Assembly: GCA_013239625.1 (NCBI GenBank)
Contig: MU054323.1
Span: forward strand, 15,628,029-15,692,028
From: Lama guanicoe
Lineage: Eukaryota
Reading direction: 5' to 3'
DNA: 64,000 bases
Positions 39,140 to 51,410 of this stretch are shown piece by piece (positions within the stretch are counted from its first letter, which is position 1; the number at the start of each line of letters is the position of its first letter). The notes under the pieces were generated by a model that was given only the letters and a program-made list of their open reading frames with translations, had not been told where the DNA came from and searched no databases. Made by a program: the position numbers and the translations under genes.

Positions 39140-39344
39140 CCGGTCCTTGCAGTAAGCTTCTACCAAAGTTGAGGGAGAAAAAGTCCCCAAACTGTTGTAA
39201 AAGAGTTCCAGGCAAATCATATTTCTATGAAAAATTGATGTTGCATCAAATATGAGACAGCCTTAGACATTTCAGTGAGCTTGTGTTATGAAAGGTATAA
39301 CTCTTGTGTTTCATTCTTGCACACAGTAAAAGTATCAGAAGTGC
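39140..39344 (-). pseudogene. Possible exon remnant (frame ambiguous; ...ELYLS*HKLTEMSKAVSYLMQHQ / KYDLPGTLLQQFGDFFSLNFG)
   Basis: Acceptor gccttttcag; several disruptions; donor uncertain. Confidence 0.4.
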
Positions 39345-39786
39345 CTGAAAAGGCTATCTCATTACTTAGACTCTTAAATTGCCACCCTGTATTTTTAAAA
39401 GTCACATAAAAGAATGGATTTGTGATATGAAGGGTGCATTGATTTCTCTGAGTTTTATCTCTGGAGTGAAAAAAAATGAGGCAATATTTTAAAGAGTCAT
39501 CAAGTTCAATGTTTATGGCAATAATAAAAATTTTCAATAGAGAATGTTCTAAAAGAGATTTGAGTTTTTATACTGGATACAGTACAAGACTGGGACACTA
39601 AGTTTATGTAGTGACAAACAGTTATTTAGGAAAGAACTGCTGCTTTCAAGCGACCACGGTGAGTTACAGGCAAAACAGAATCTCAAGGAGTAACGCAGGA
39701 AAAACTGAACACCACAATTTCTCCTCTCAACTAGAAATAATCTAGACGTTCAGTTAATGCCATACAGCAAGCTCAAGGCCACTTAC

Positions 39787-39922
39787 CAGGAAGCTGTGTT
39801 CTTGTTTTAGTTAAAGCAGCTCAAAGATTTCACTGAGGCTCCCAACTGGACTGTCTTCTAAGTATTGTCCTGCTGCCACCCTTGGGTGTGGAGGGTTGAG
39901 TCAATTCTCAGCTACATCATCA
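39787..39922 (-). pseudogene. Exon remnant (DDVAEN*LNPPHPRVAAGQYLEDSPVGSLSEIFELL*LKQEHSFL)
   Basis: Acceptor ttttggaccag, donor CTG|gtaagt; 136 nt, phase 2>0, two stops. Confidence 0.65.
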
Positions 39923-40004
39923 CTGGTCCAAAAGGCTCCAGGACTTTTGCTTTAATGTTTTTGATTCCATTTTATCTCAATTCTCCACTCCCATTCCCTT
40001 CCCT

Positions 40005-42460
40005 CATAGGCAAGCATTCTAATGTATTGGAAAATCATTCATTGAGTTAATACTTACTGTATGTATGCCTCTTGTGTGTCAGTTCAAAGGGCTAGGAATA
40101 CACCAGTGACCAAAACAGATTTTAAAACCCTGCCCTCTGGGAGCCTACATTCCAGTGGAGGATGCACAATGAAAAATTAAATAGTTAAATATCATTAAAA
40201 GGTAATAAATACTATGGGGAAATAAAGGAGAAAAGGAAATGCTGGGGGGTGGGTGTGGGTAGGGCTATTTTAAGCAGGGTGGCCAAGCAAGGCCTTACTC
40301 AAGAGGTGACATTTGAACAAACACGTGATGAAGGTGAGCATGTGAGCCACGCAGATATCCAAGAGAAACCCTGGGGAACAGCAGGTACAAGTCTCTGAAG
40401 TGCCGTGGGTCTGCTGAGGATATAGTCACTTACACGTGTTCTTTTCATAATTGTAATTGTAATAGTCTAGGTACTCCAGAGAAAAAAAACCAATAGGATA
40501 TATATATATAAAGAGAGAGAGAGTTTACTATAAAGGATTAGCTAATGTGATTCTGGAAGCTGAGAAGTCCAAGATCTACAGTCAGCAAACTGGAGACCCT
40601 GAAAGCTAATGGTATAGTTCAGTCTAAGTGTAAGTCCAAAGGCAGGAGAAAACCAATGTCCCAACTCGAAGACAGAAGTGGAGAGGAAGAATTCGTTTCT
40701 CATTCAGCCTTTTATTCTACTCAGACCTTCAACGGATTGGATGAGGCCCACCCATGTTGGGGAGGGGTAATCTGCTTTCCTCAGTCCACTGATCCAAATG
40801 CTGATCTCATTCAGGAATATTCTCATAGACACACCCAGAAACAATGTTTAACTAATATCCAGGCACCCGGTGACCCAGTCAAGTTGACACAAAATTAACC
40901 ATCCCAGTGTTGTGTTTCTCATTCTTTCCCTCAGAATAATGTTTTTAAGATCAATAGTTGTGGTAGGCAGAACCCTAGGATGGCCTCCATGATCTTTGCT
41001 CTGGGGCCTGATGATACTATGTTACATGGCAAAGCAATATTGTTATGTAGTAACTAATATGTAATTATAGTTACTAATCAGTTGACGCTAAGAATATTAT
41101 CTCGTAGACCTAACCTAATCACCTGAGTCCTTTAAAAGCAGTTTTCTCTGGCTTCTTTGTAAAAGAGGAAGTCAGAGAGAATCCAAGCACGAAAATGATT
41201 CAACACACCATGACTGTTTTAAAGATGGAGGAAGTCATGCGATGAGAAGTGGGGTGATTTCTAGGAGTTACAGCAGCCCTGCCTGATAGCCAGCAAGAAA
41301 ACAGGGACCTCAGTCCTACAACTGCAAAGAGCTGAACTCTGCCAACAACCTGGTTTGGTGAATTCTCTCCCAGAACTTCTAGATAAGAACCTAGTCTTGT
41401 AGACACTTTGATTTCAGCCTTGTGAGACACTGAGCAGAGAACCCAGCCATACCATGCCTGAACTTCTAATCTACAGAACTACAAGATAATAAATGGGTCC
41501 TGTTTTAAGACACTAAATTTGTGCTAATTTTTTACACAGCAATAGAAAATGAATATAGTAGTGCTGATGCATTTTCTTTTTATAAAAAACACTTATATAG
41601 TAGTTGCTTCACATGAGGCAAGATCCCAAGAACTTGACAAATATTAATTCCTCTGTCACAACTCTTGAGACAGGTTTTATTATTTTTTTCTCATTTTACA
41701 GATGGAGAAACTAAGAAACAGAGAAGTTAGGGGACTTACCAAATGGCAGGTGCTAAAACCAACAGTCAAACCTAGGTGATCTGGCCTGGGGATCATCGTT
41801 CAAATCCTATATCTGGTTCTTTGCTTCTAGCTGCTACATAATATTTCACACCGTTCATCCCCCATACTTAACTCATAATTCTTGCCAATCTGATGAAAAG
41901 AAAGTGATATTTCACTGCTTATTTTAAAGGGGTAATTTCTCCCTCTGTCTTTTTTATTGTGGTAAACATGTATAACAAATTTTTTCCATTTTAATCATTT
42001 TAAATTAATTAATTCATTAACATTAACTCCATCCATAATGGTGTGCAACCAGAATTATGTATTTCAAAATTCTTCATCCCCACAAACATAATTGCTTTTC
42101 AGTTTGCATTTCGCTTTGAGTATCCCTTTATATGCTTTCAGTACCTTTACATTTGATTCTGCCTTATTCACCACAAGAAAGTAAATTAAACTAATGAAAA
42201 AAAAAAAAGAAGCTCTAAGTGTTAACATAGCACATTGCACCAGAGTCCGACAGTCTTGAATCTGAATCCCAGTTCTTGCCTTTCCAGCTGAGTGAAAGTC
42301 ACTGAATCTCTTGGAGCCTCAGTTCTGTTATCTGTAGGACGGAAGTACTGGTACTGACCTCTCTAGCTGCTTCTAAGTGGTAAATGAGTTCATACACACC
42401 GAGGGCTAATCACCACTCCCAGCATTAATAAGTATTTGATAAACGGCGATTTGCATTGTT
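40005..42460. mobile_element. L2, MLT2-like LTR (~40460-40905), MLT1-like LTR (~40955-41560) and MIRs
   Basis: ctccagagaa...ccaataggata(ta)n; ccagtcaagttgacacaaaattaaccatc; MIR cores. Confidence 0.75.
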
Positions 42461-43157
42461 ATTATTAACAGTAATAGAAACATTATTAGCTATGCTTGAG
42501 CTGCCATTTCTGAACCTTCCTTGACTCAAAGCATGGGACGTGCCCTCCCTGTGGCAGAAACACCCTCACCACGCACAGACCCAGGCTTAAGATTTTGTGG
42601 AGGAAGAAACAGGATTGAGAAATCATTTAAATGCAGAACCAAATGGAGACAAAAAGATTCAAACCATAATCTTAAATAAGGAGACATCCCCAGGCTGCTC
42701 GGGGAGATTCTTCTCCTAGGACTGGGGCTTTGTGGGTTCAGGGTCCCCGGAGGGCAGAGGACTGGCTCTGGGCTCCCCCTACCCTGTTGGAGGGAGGAGG
42801 CTCTGTCACACTAATAAACATTTGGATCTCAAGGAATGCCAGATGTACTTTTTATGGTCTGTTTTTAAGATGCTGTGATATGCTAATGTAATGTTTTGGG
42901 TCTGAATCCTTTCGATGTAATTGATGACACTAACATGTAAATAACTAAAATCCGGCAGATTTCACTCAGATGTGAGCTATCCATCATTCGTTTTTGGAAA
43001 CAAGAGTCAGGTTTTACTTCCCCCTATTATTATCTTGTGTCCCGTTCCCAGCAGCCTAGACTACGGTCACTTCGTTAAACTTGCCAAAATTGCAGAAAGG
43101 ACTGAAGCGAACTAAACCAAAAAAATAGCTTTAAACATGTAGGAAAATTATTCTCAC

Positions 43158-43240
43158 TCCACAAGTGAGAGTCCAGTAGAATCAGCTCGGTAGTGTTTGC
43201 ACAGTTTTCTTTCTTTATGTAGTTTTAATCCAGCTGTTCG
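43158..43240 (-). pseudogene. Exon remnant, open (RTAGLKLHKERKLCKHYRADSTGLSLV)
   Basis: Acceptor ttttctttctttttcaaatgctag, donor GGA|gtgaga; 83 nt, phase 0>2. Confidence 0.7.
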
Positions 43241-43420
43241 CTAGCATTTGAAAAAGAAAGAAAATTGAATTGCCCTGCTTAAGTCCTTTTTAAAGAATAT
43301 CTCCCATTTTCCATTTTATCTAGATGTTTCTCTTCTACTTTTCAGGATTTCAAATTGCAGAATTTGCCTACTGAAAATGTGTGCTTTGGGCTAGAAAAGA
43401 AAATTTAGACATACTTTCCC

Positions 43421-43540
43421 AAAAAAAAAAAAAAAAAAAGAAGGGGGGGGGGGGAGGTGGGAGGGGGGGGGGGGGGGGGGGGGGAAGGGGGNNNNNNNNN
43501 NNNNNNNNNNNNNNNNNNNNGTGTGTGTGTGTGTGTGTGG
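43421..43540. repeat. poly(A), poly(G), assembly gap (N) and (GT)n microsatellite just upstream of putative VIT exon 1
   Basis: Seen directly; Ns at 43492-43520. Confidence 0.95.
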
Positions 43541-43559
43541 TGTAAAATGTGCTTTTCAA

Positions 43560-43746
43560 AGTGCTGAGAGGTTGATGGGAATGTTTGATTAGCTCCTCTC
43601 AGAAGAGAAAAGGTGCTTGGACCTCTTCTTTCTTCTTTAAGAATAATTTGGATGGGATCTGTGATGCAGACAAGCTTAAGCAAAAAAGGATATCCATTCT
43701 GTGTGGTGGAAGAGTTCTGAAAAAAAAATTGCTTTCTTCAAACAAG
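43560..43746 (+). other. VIT: Probable non-coding exon 1 (5' UTR) of vitrin; start approximate
   Basis: The sequence ataatttggatgggatctgtgatgcag...cattctgtgtggtgg...aaaaaaaattgctttcttcaaacaag resembles my recollection of the human VIT mRNA 5' UTR. It ends at donor AAG|gtaggt (GT at 43747-43748). The first coding exon (MRTVVLTMK...) was not found, so it would lie beyond 64000. Confidence 0.75.
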
Positions 43747-44110
43747 GTAGGTCTGATAAATTTCTAAGCTATGTAAATAGTTTGCTTTCCATTTCTTGTC
43801 CTGAAAACATGAAAATGTATTTTATCATTAAGAAACTAGAATACATCCCTTGACCAAGTAATCAGTCTGTACAAATTTCAGTCTCAGGAGATTTGAGATG
43901 GGAGTGGCTGGTAGTTGCCATCCTTGTAAACAACTAATATTATGTATATCAACTATAAAGAAATTGTGCTGAGATAAGATTAGAACAAGATTTTCACTGT
44001 ATCTTTAAGCCAACTTAATTATGGTTAAAATATGTTGAAAAGTATAATGCTTGTGCAGAACTTTAAAGTTGGTTTAAATCTATTATCTTGCCTTTTTTTT
44101 AATACCTTAC

Positions 44111-44193
44111 TTGCTGCATGGAATGCAACAGCAACGTAATAAATTGCTTATAACAATGTGTGAAAAGCAGTATGAGAAATGGGCACATTGATG
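44111..44193 (-). pseudogene. Exon remnant, open (ASMCPFLILLFTHCYKQFITLLLHSMQQ)
   Basis: Acceptor tttctcctttaatttag, donor CAA|gtaagg; 83 nt, phase 1>0. Confidence 0.65.
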
Positions 44194-44283
44194 CTAAATT
44201 AAAGGAGAAATTACTTAGTGTTCTATACTTCTGTCTATTGAGACAGATCCCAGTGGAATGTGGCTAAATGTGCAATTCTGTAC

Positions 44284-44380
44284 CCTGTTTACACTGGAAG
44301 TGTTTTCTTAGGCTGAGTGCTTCTTTAACTGATAAGCCCAAGAAAGGGCTGGCATTGTTAAGTCTACTACTGTAGCCCAG
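44284..44380 (-). pseudogene. Exon remnant, open (LGYSSRLNNASPFLGLSVKEALSLRKHFQCKQ)
   Basis: Acceptor cctgtttccctgtgcaaag, donor AGG|gtacag; 97 nt, phase 0>1. Confidence 0.55.
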
Positions 44381-44999
44381 CTTTGCACAGGGAAACAGGA
44401 TACGAAATCTCTTTTCAGCATGATTTGTGTTAAACCAGTATAAACATGAAATAAACGCCTCGAGCTCAGGTTAAACAGAGAGGATAAGACTGAATAATTA
44501 GACTTGATGGTTTGCTCCAAACAACCCACGGCATCTTTGCCATCCCCAAACTGAGAGTGGAATTCAAGATTTTTCTTTGGGTTTATTGTAAATATAAAAA
44601 CCAGGCATTCTTGGCCATGGTGGTTACTCCAAAAATGTGAGCACTAAGAAAATAGCATTTTGCCATTACGTTGGGTTGCAATAAATTTGGAAGTTTTGGT
44701 GGTAAAGTTCTGAGGTTGTTTTCCCCTCGGTCTCTTGAAAGATGAAAATAGCCTGCAGCAAGGCAAGATCAAATACTATTTGTTTGTGTGTTTTCTCTGT
44801 TGTGTGTGTGAGCTGCAAGCCGTAGCTACTCCGCCCATAGGAAAGCTGGGAGTGCCTGTCTTTTATTTATTGAATTAAAATACCCCCTTTTGAAAAAGGG
44901 CTTTAGACAAAGAATTGCAAGAGTACAAGGGCTGCATTTTTAATTGCAATATGCTGGTTTCCCAGACTAAGCTTCATTTAAATAGATCTTACACCTCAC

Positions 45000-45124
45000 C
45001 ACTGAAAGGAAATACATTAGGAAATGCTTAATATCTATCCTGACGCAGCGTTTACTTTATGAATAACTTTTAGAAGATCTAATTATCTTTTCTGCCAAGT
45101 TGCTGATCACGTGAAGAATAGTTT
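45000..45124 (-). pseudogene. Exon remnant (ETILHVISNLAEKIIRSSKSYS*SKRCVRIDIKHFLMYFLSV)
   Basis: Acceptor ttttctctgaaag, donor GTG|gtgagg; 125 nt, phase 1>0, one TAA. Confidence 0.6.
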
Positions 45125-46530
45125 CTTTCAGAGAAAATGCACTGGGTTTGAGGATGGTTTATGAATAGCATCAGGAGAACAAAAATGCTTGTGCTGTTCT
45201 CATCTGTAATTCCGGTAGAACATGCTGTCTACAGGAAAGCAGTGCAGTTCAGTGCTACATCCCAAGCCAGGAGTCCTAAATGACAGTAACAGCTCTGCCA
45301 CGACCTAGCTGTGTTTCCTCAGGAGAGGTGTGTAACAGTTTTGGATTTTTGTTTCCCCATCTGAAAAACAGAAATAGCAGTGCCTGCATATACCCCCTCT
45401 CAGGACGGTCATGAGGTTCAATATTGATTCTCAGTTTGAAAAGGGTGTTGAAATGTGAAAAGTTCTAAAGAGATGGAATTGTTTTCCCTGCATATTTAAA
45501 AAAAAAAAAAGACTGCACGGGAAGGAATCATTGTAAAATAAATGTTTCGTGGCCTCCAGGATGTTCCCAATACACATGCCCAAGTATGCAACTTCTCTCA
45601 TTGCTAGTGTGGAGGCAAGAGCCAGGCATCGAGAGCAGTGGGTGCAGGACAGAGCGCAGTGGTCTGTCCGTCAGTGGACGGGCAGTCTAGCTGTGTGACC
45701 TTGGGGAGATTACTCAACATCTCTGTCTCCATTTCCTCACAAATGAAATGAAGAAGTCAGACAAGATAGTTTCTAAGTTTCCCTCCTGATCCTATTGTTC
45801 TACGCACTGGAACATCTCCAATGTCAAGACACAGCCAGGCCAATTTCACTGTTGAGATGTTCCGTATATGACAAAATCAGAACAGGGTCATGAACCCTAT
45901 GGTATATGTAAAATATTTATGTTTACCTAACTAAGGACTTTAACATACAAAAATGAAATGTAACATAATTTTGTTAGTGAAATGTAACATAAGTATATGC
46001 ATAAATATATGTATTAATATGTATCTATCCATAGGATACTGGGGACAGTGTGGTTAAAGCTGTATGACAGACTTCTTTTGGTTCTCTGGAGTATTTCTAT
46101 GACTGCATAACCTCATGTGGAGATAATGTCAAATATCCAAATTTAAGGCCAAATGCCCCCCACCCCATGCCATGGATCCTGTGGGGTTTGTCAGGAAGGA
46201 GGCACTGCCACTTCTTAAATATGTTAACTTTGGCAAATTCCTTAAACCCTCTGGACCTCAGTTCTCACATCTGTAAAAAGGGTCTACTATTAGTGCTCAC
46301 CTCACAGGGTTGTGGCAAAAAGCTTCAATCGGTGCCTGGTACCCAAATGTTAGCAAGTGATTTTTCAACATGTGGGACTGGAATGCAGAAATCAGATCAG
46401 CTGTGAAACAAATCATCTGCAATCCTCTTCAAACTTTTAAACGTTAACTCTTTGGATGTAGTGAGCACATAGATATGTAGGACTATGGGATATTAATATA
46501 ATTATTAGAAATTTGTTGCCATCTCTTCAC

Positions 46531-46782
46531 CCAGAGAATCTGAGATATTCAATTGATCAGCAAATACTAAAGCAAGAGAGGCAACTTCTGTGATGTCTGT
46601 ATTTTGAGAAACCTCAAAGGTCCCCCACCTGCTGCCTAAACACGGTCTTCCAGTGGTTTGCAGAAGCTGGTGAAATTCCTCACTCCCTCAACACAATTTG
46701 GTGAGAGAGCGAAGTACAAAGGGAATTTGCTAGTTTTTACAGGCATGAAAGTTCCCTGCACAACAGCTGTGAGCAGCTCCTG
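46531..46782 (-). pseudogene. Exon remnant (QELLTAVVQGTFMPVKTSKFPLYFALSPNCVEGVRNFTSFCKPLEDRV*AAG / FEVSQNTDITEVASLALVFADQLNISDSL)
   Basis: Acceptor ccccattctctgcactag, donor TGG|gtgaag; one stop and a frameshift at a G-run. Confidence 0.65.
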
Positions 46783-46869
46783 CTAGTGCAGAGAATGGGG
46801 CAAGAAGAGAGCCACAGAGCAGGGCAAATTTAGGCAACACATCAGAAATGGCTCTTTGATAGGGCCAGT

Positions 46870-47800
46870 TCTTAAATTTTAATGAACACACAGGCCTGCA
46901 CACAGACAGCCAGGGCCCTAAGTCCTGTCAATGGCCTGCACCGCTGGGCTCCCCTGCAAACAGCCCCTTCAGCTATGCACCTGTGCCCGCCAGCCCAACT
47001 AGCACCAGACGCCACTGCAGCGCACAGCCTGTGGTGAGGCCCTGCAGCCACAGGAGTGCACACCGGCAGTCAGGGGCCCCACAGCTGCTAGTGAGCTCGA
47101 AGGAGGCCCAACCCTGGCGACCCTGGCCCTTGCCCCTACATGTGTCCGCAACCGGCCCTGCCACCGCACCAGCACCTGCAGCTGGCCCTGCAGCCAGTGT
47201 GTGCGCATTGCCAGCTCCCACCACCACCACTGCCTGCCCTGGTCCCTAGCCACTGGAGGTGCCACTGAGGACCCCAACAGTCCCTGCAGCCACCGTGGAT
47301 CCCCTGCAGTGCTCTCCAGGGACCACATGGTTGTTGACACTTTGGCCTGAGCTGTCAAGATATCAAGTCTCCCTGGATTTGGAGCCAACAGAAACCCCAC
47401 ACTTGGTGCTCGGCACCTACTAGACCCAGGCCACAGCGCACTCCAGTGTGCATCCATCCACAGGTGAAGGTCTCTCCTTACAGGAGCCAGTCCATGAAAC
47501 TGGAAGGAGGCAATTGCTTCTTCAAATGCACAGACATCCACACAAGGCTACGGGGATCGTGAAGAACCGGGGAAACAGCACCACCAAAGAAACAGTAAAC
47601 CTCCAGTAACTGACCGCAAAGAAATGGCGATACACGAGCTGCCTGACAAAGAACTCAGAGTAATTCTTCTGAAGATGCTCCAAGAGCCGCAAGAGAACAC
47701 AGATAAATAATGTAACCAAGTCGGGAAAACAAAATGAGGAGCTCAACAAAGAGACAGAGAACTTTAAAAAGGACCAAATGGAAATTTTAATTAAAAAAAA
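46870..47800 (+). mobile_element. L1 5' UTR and ORF1 N-terminal fragment
   Basis: GC-rich UTR, then ORF1-like PVTDRKEMAIHELPDKELRVILLKMLQE. Confidence 0.8.
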
Positions 47801-47944
47801 AAACCACACACACACCAAACAAATTCACACCAGTCTGAGGTCATCTAGGTGAATTCCTGCTTGCAGACCAGGAGGTGAAGAGCTAAAATTCACAACAAAG
47901 CAAAGACGACTTCAGTTTTGTTGACTGCATTTTCCTATGGGTAC

Positions 47945-48233
47945 CTTATCCTGTAACACACACGGTTGTGGAGACTGGATTCAGAACTTGTTAATCAACT
48001 AGAAAACTTTTCCATTTCAACAGCCTGCAAACCTTCAAGAAGTCCTGAGAGACCGCCCGCCGGAAATGCTCAGGGCTGCCCGGGAAGTGCACGGAGGAGG
48101 CACCAGGCGGTGCTCTGGGTTGAGACCCATAAAAGCTGCACATCACGAGGCAACTTGCAAAAAGCCCAACACTCCCTGTGGCAGAGGTTGTGACTCGCTG
48201 GGATCCGCTGCCGCATTCCTTGGTGCTCATCCC
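47945..48233 (-). pseudogene. Exon remnant (GMSTKECGSGSQ...PGSPEHFRRAVSQDFLKVCRLLKWKSFLVD* ... CVLQDK)
   Basis: Acceptor cctttctcccccag, donor AAG|gtaccc; CpG-rich, frameshift near the 3' end. Confidence 0.6.
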
Positions 48234-48424
48234 CTGGGGGAGAAAGGTGAACTGAGCTAACGAAGGCCAAACCCTTTCCTGAGTCAAATTCACAAGCCAG
48301 GGTCTTGACACAACAAAAAATTCATTTGGCTTAGATTCAGTTTACAGAATATTTGGGTGGTTGTATCTGATTCTGGTCTTATAATTTTAAAAACTGTTTA
48401 GGCCCATTTCTGCTTCCTTATCAC

Positions 48425-48664
48425 TTCAGGGGATGGTTTTTTCCAGTTCTTCTTAAGAATGCTAGATGTCATTCCTCAGCCATTCCACTGGGCCAGCTGT
48501 CCTACAACCATTTAGAAGATTTTCGTGAAAATGAGCTAAAGATCCCCACAAATCTCTGAGCAGAGAAGGGAGCAACAAAACTACAGAACTGTTCCCTTCT
48601 GGGGCCCGAGAAGAATTTATTCCAATGACAGTCACAAAGCCATGTGGTTCCTTCACCAAGAATC
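48425..48664 (-). pseudogene. Possible exon remnant (FLVKEPHGFVTVIGINSSRAPEGNSSVVLLLPSLLRDLWGSLAHFHENLLNG...)
   Basis: Acceptor cttgattttag; long open frame (ORF 48462-48674); donor uncertain. Confidence 0.45.
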
Positions 48665-49384
48665 CTAAAATCAAGCCATGGGTAATCCTGGGCAGAATCT
48701 TACTGAGATGGATTTAACTGGTGGCTTTATCTCTGTTATGTCCTGAACTAAAGTCTAAGTGGGCCATGTTTTGCGAGATGGTTATGAGAGTAATGAGGAC
48801 GATGACAATAATCATGATTAACCACCCCAACAACAACCTTAAGTAGTCACAGCACTTACAGAGTTAGTCTTCCTTGCCAGGCACTGCTCTAAGCCCTTTC
48901 CATATATTAACTCATTTAATCCTGACAGCTACCACAGGAGATGGGTTATTGCTCTTTCCACTATACAGATGAGAAAACTGAGGCACTGAGAAGTAAGCTG
49001 TCCAAGGTCACATGGCCAGTAAGTGATGGAGCTCAATCAACATCAAACCCGAGCAGCCTAGTTTCAGAGCTCACACTCTGAACTAGCAAGGCCACAATTC
49101 ACATGGTCCTGGTTTTTCTATCACTGCACCAAATTAATCGTTGCCATCCCTGAAAACACTGTTTTCAAGCCAAATTAAGTTTCTAAGGAAATCACTCCTT
49201 TTTGCAAGGATAGTCTCCCCAGTAATACTGATAAAAGGGAGTGGAGACAAGGAATTCATGGGAGAAGGCCTTTGGGAATGAAGGGTTTTTATTTCTGTCA
49301 TTCTTGAATCATCTTTGACTTCAGAATCACGTTTCAGGTGTGCTGGGAAGACCTGACTCTCAGAGGGGAGGCCAAGGAGCAGAC

Positions 49385-49590
49385 CTCATTATCAAGTTCT
49401 TTGAGTCACTAGTCCCCAAAAGGTGTCCTTTATCCTCACTCCAGGGTTAAGTTGGCAGAGAGTCACAGAAAGGATCGTACTTCCCTATGACACAGACGAC
49501 TTCAGAAAATCACTTTCCCTAATCAGGGTCTCTCCATTGACAAGACTCTAGTAAAAATTTCTCAAATTCTTTCCCTCAGTGAGAGAAAGG
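49385..49590 (-). pseudogene. Possible exon remnant (LSLTEGKNLRNFY*SLVNGETLIRESDFLKSSVS*GSTILSVTLCQLNPG...)
   Basis: Acceptor aaactttag, phase-2 entry fits the previous exon; donor uncertain. Confidence 0.4.
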
Positions 49591-49725
49591 CTAAAGTTTT
49601 GTGTGGGCATGTGGTAAAAATTCATAAAAATCACCCTTCAGGCTATAGTAAGAAGAAATTCTGGGTCTGCATTCTTTCTTCTCAGAAACAAAAGAGAAAA
49701 AAAACAACTACTCCTTTGGGGGAAC

Positions 49726-49887
49726 CCAGTGTATAGTTTCCAAGGCATCAGGTCACTGGTGTCTCAATGCAAAGAGAGTTCTTCCTCGGCCTCCTTCGTA
49801 TACCAGACAGAGAAAACCTGCTTTGGACGTAAACGAACACGTCCGCTTGCCCAGGCTGGATTCGCCTGTACAACACAGCGAGTAGAC
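49726..49887 (-). pseudogene. Exon remnant (STRCVVQANPAWASGRVRLRPKQVFSVWYTKEAEEELSLH*DTSDLMPWKLYT)
   Basis: Acceptor ctctcagagcacag; donor weak (gttccc); phase 2>2. Confidence 0.5.
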
Positions 49888-50383
49888 CTGTGCTCTGAGA
49901 GGGAATCTAGGGAAGCACAGAGATTCAGTGAAAGCAAAATAAATATTTACTGGGCCCCCACCATGTGCCGTCCACAATTCTGTGTGCTTGGGATGAACAG
50001 AGCACGAAACACTCTGCGTTCTCCTGGGGCTGCCAGTCTGGGACCACGCACTAAAGAGGTCTGGGTCTGCTGGTGATATGGGCTGGGAAAACCTTTAGAA
50101 AGTAGGACGAGGAGGTTGGACAGAGCAGTGACGATTTGCACTGTGCAGTTAGATACATGTCTGAAAAAGGGACACTTAAACCAAGAGAGAGGTGAAGGAA
50201 GCCAGGGAGTGACCTGTGTGGATCCCCGGGGGAAGAGCAAATGCAAAGGCCCTGGGGTTGGACCGTGCTTGGGAGACCAGTGCGTTTCTGGAGCAGGCTG
50301 AGTGAGGAAGAAAAGTGGTGAGATCCAGGGTGGACTTCCTAACACCTCCAGATTTCCCCCAGACGCCCGCAGTGCCCACTCAC

Positions 50384-50502
50384 ACGCAGTCTGTGGGCAG
50401 TTTCAGACTCTGCCCTGGATGAAATCTGAGTAGGTCCCTTAATATTGCATACTTCGTAATATTATAGGGGTTTTGAAAAGAGCTTGCTCACATCACCGCC
50501 CC
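50384..50502 (-). pseudogene. Exon remnant (GAVM*ASSFQNPYNITKYAILRDLLRFHPGQSLKLPTDC)
   Basis: Acceptor ttgtttgcag, donor CGT|gtgagt; 119 nt, phase 0>2, one TGA. Confidence 0.65.
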
Positions 50503-51265
50503 CTGCAAACAACCCAGTTCAGTTATTAATATGGAGGTAATACCTAGGTAATGCTTAAAGACATAAAAGCCGTGTGCACAGTTTCACCCCAACCCAGCCC
50601 CAGGCTTGCTTTCTGCACTGGGGAAGCGGTGTGACTGCATTCACTCTTTCTCTGCTTTGCACCTTTACCCCTCTCCCCTTGACTGTAACGGTGGTCTCTT
50701 CATGTCCAGAGTTGAAGAGGGGACAGAGAGTAGACATAAAGGTGACAGAGGGCCTTACTGGTTAGTACTGTTGTGAGCTGGCATCTGGGTTCCCTGGGGT
50801 TGGTGGGCATGCACAGCTGTTATCTGTCCCCACGGGAGCGCCTTCTTTAGAGATGCACCCCACTCTGCTGGGACCCCTCAGTGGCATCTGCTCTGGCTGG
50901 GGGTTTACAGTCCCTCCCTCAGCCCCTGAGCAACTGGGGGTGACCTCCAGCCACCTCCTCAGCCCTCCCTGCACCCGGCTTGGGCAGGACCTAAAGCAAT
51001 CTCAGGCTGACTCTCACACAGTTAGTCTTGTTTGCCATGAGCGATTTCCTCTCCTGACTTAATCAGGAGTCAGACACCAGTCCATTGTGCCCTCAAGCCC
51101 AAGGGACACAACAACTCAGTCATTTCAACTGGGTCACTGGGCATCCAAGCTGGACTTCCAAAGGAAATAACCAAGAACCAGGATCCCCGGTGACTGCCTC
51201 CCTCCAGACAGTACAACAGGTTGTGGAAGCTGTGAGGGCAGTTGGGAAGCAGAGGGCAGGGTTAC

Positions 51266-51410
51266 TTTAGGAAAAGTTCTTGGCACTCTCCCTCCCCGGA
51301 TGCAGAAGAGGAGCTGTGGTCTCCCCGGTCCCACCTGCTTCAGGTGATGGTGAGAGGAGCTGCAAGGAGACCCCTTCCAGAATGTGGAAGCAGCTGGTAT
51401 TCAGTCTCAG
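51266..51410 (-). pseudogene. Exon remnant (LRLNTSCFHILEGVSLQLLSPSPEAGG..., frameshifted)
   Basis: Acceptor ctttgtcttagtttcag, donor AAA|gtaacc; 145 nt, one base off the flanking phase-0 junctions. Confidence 0.6.

Noticed and set aside
44300..44345. GLSVKEALSLR resembling enolase EALELR
   Set aside because: Too short, and neighbouring exons show no enolase motifs.
46999..47541. 180-aa minus-strand ORF and overlapping ORFs
   Set aside because: Antisense to the GC-rich L1 5' UTR; no independent coding signal.
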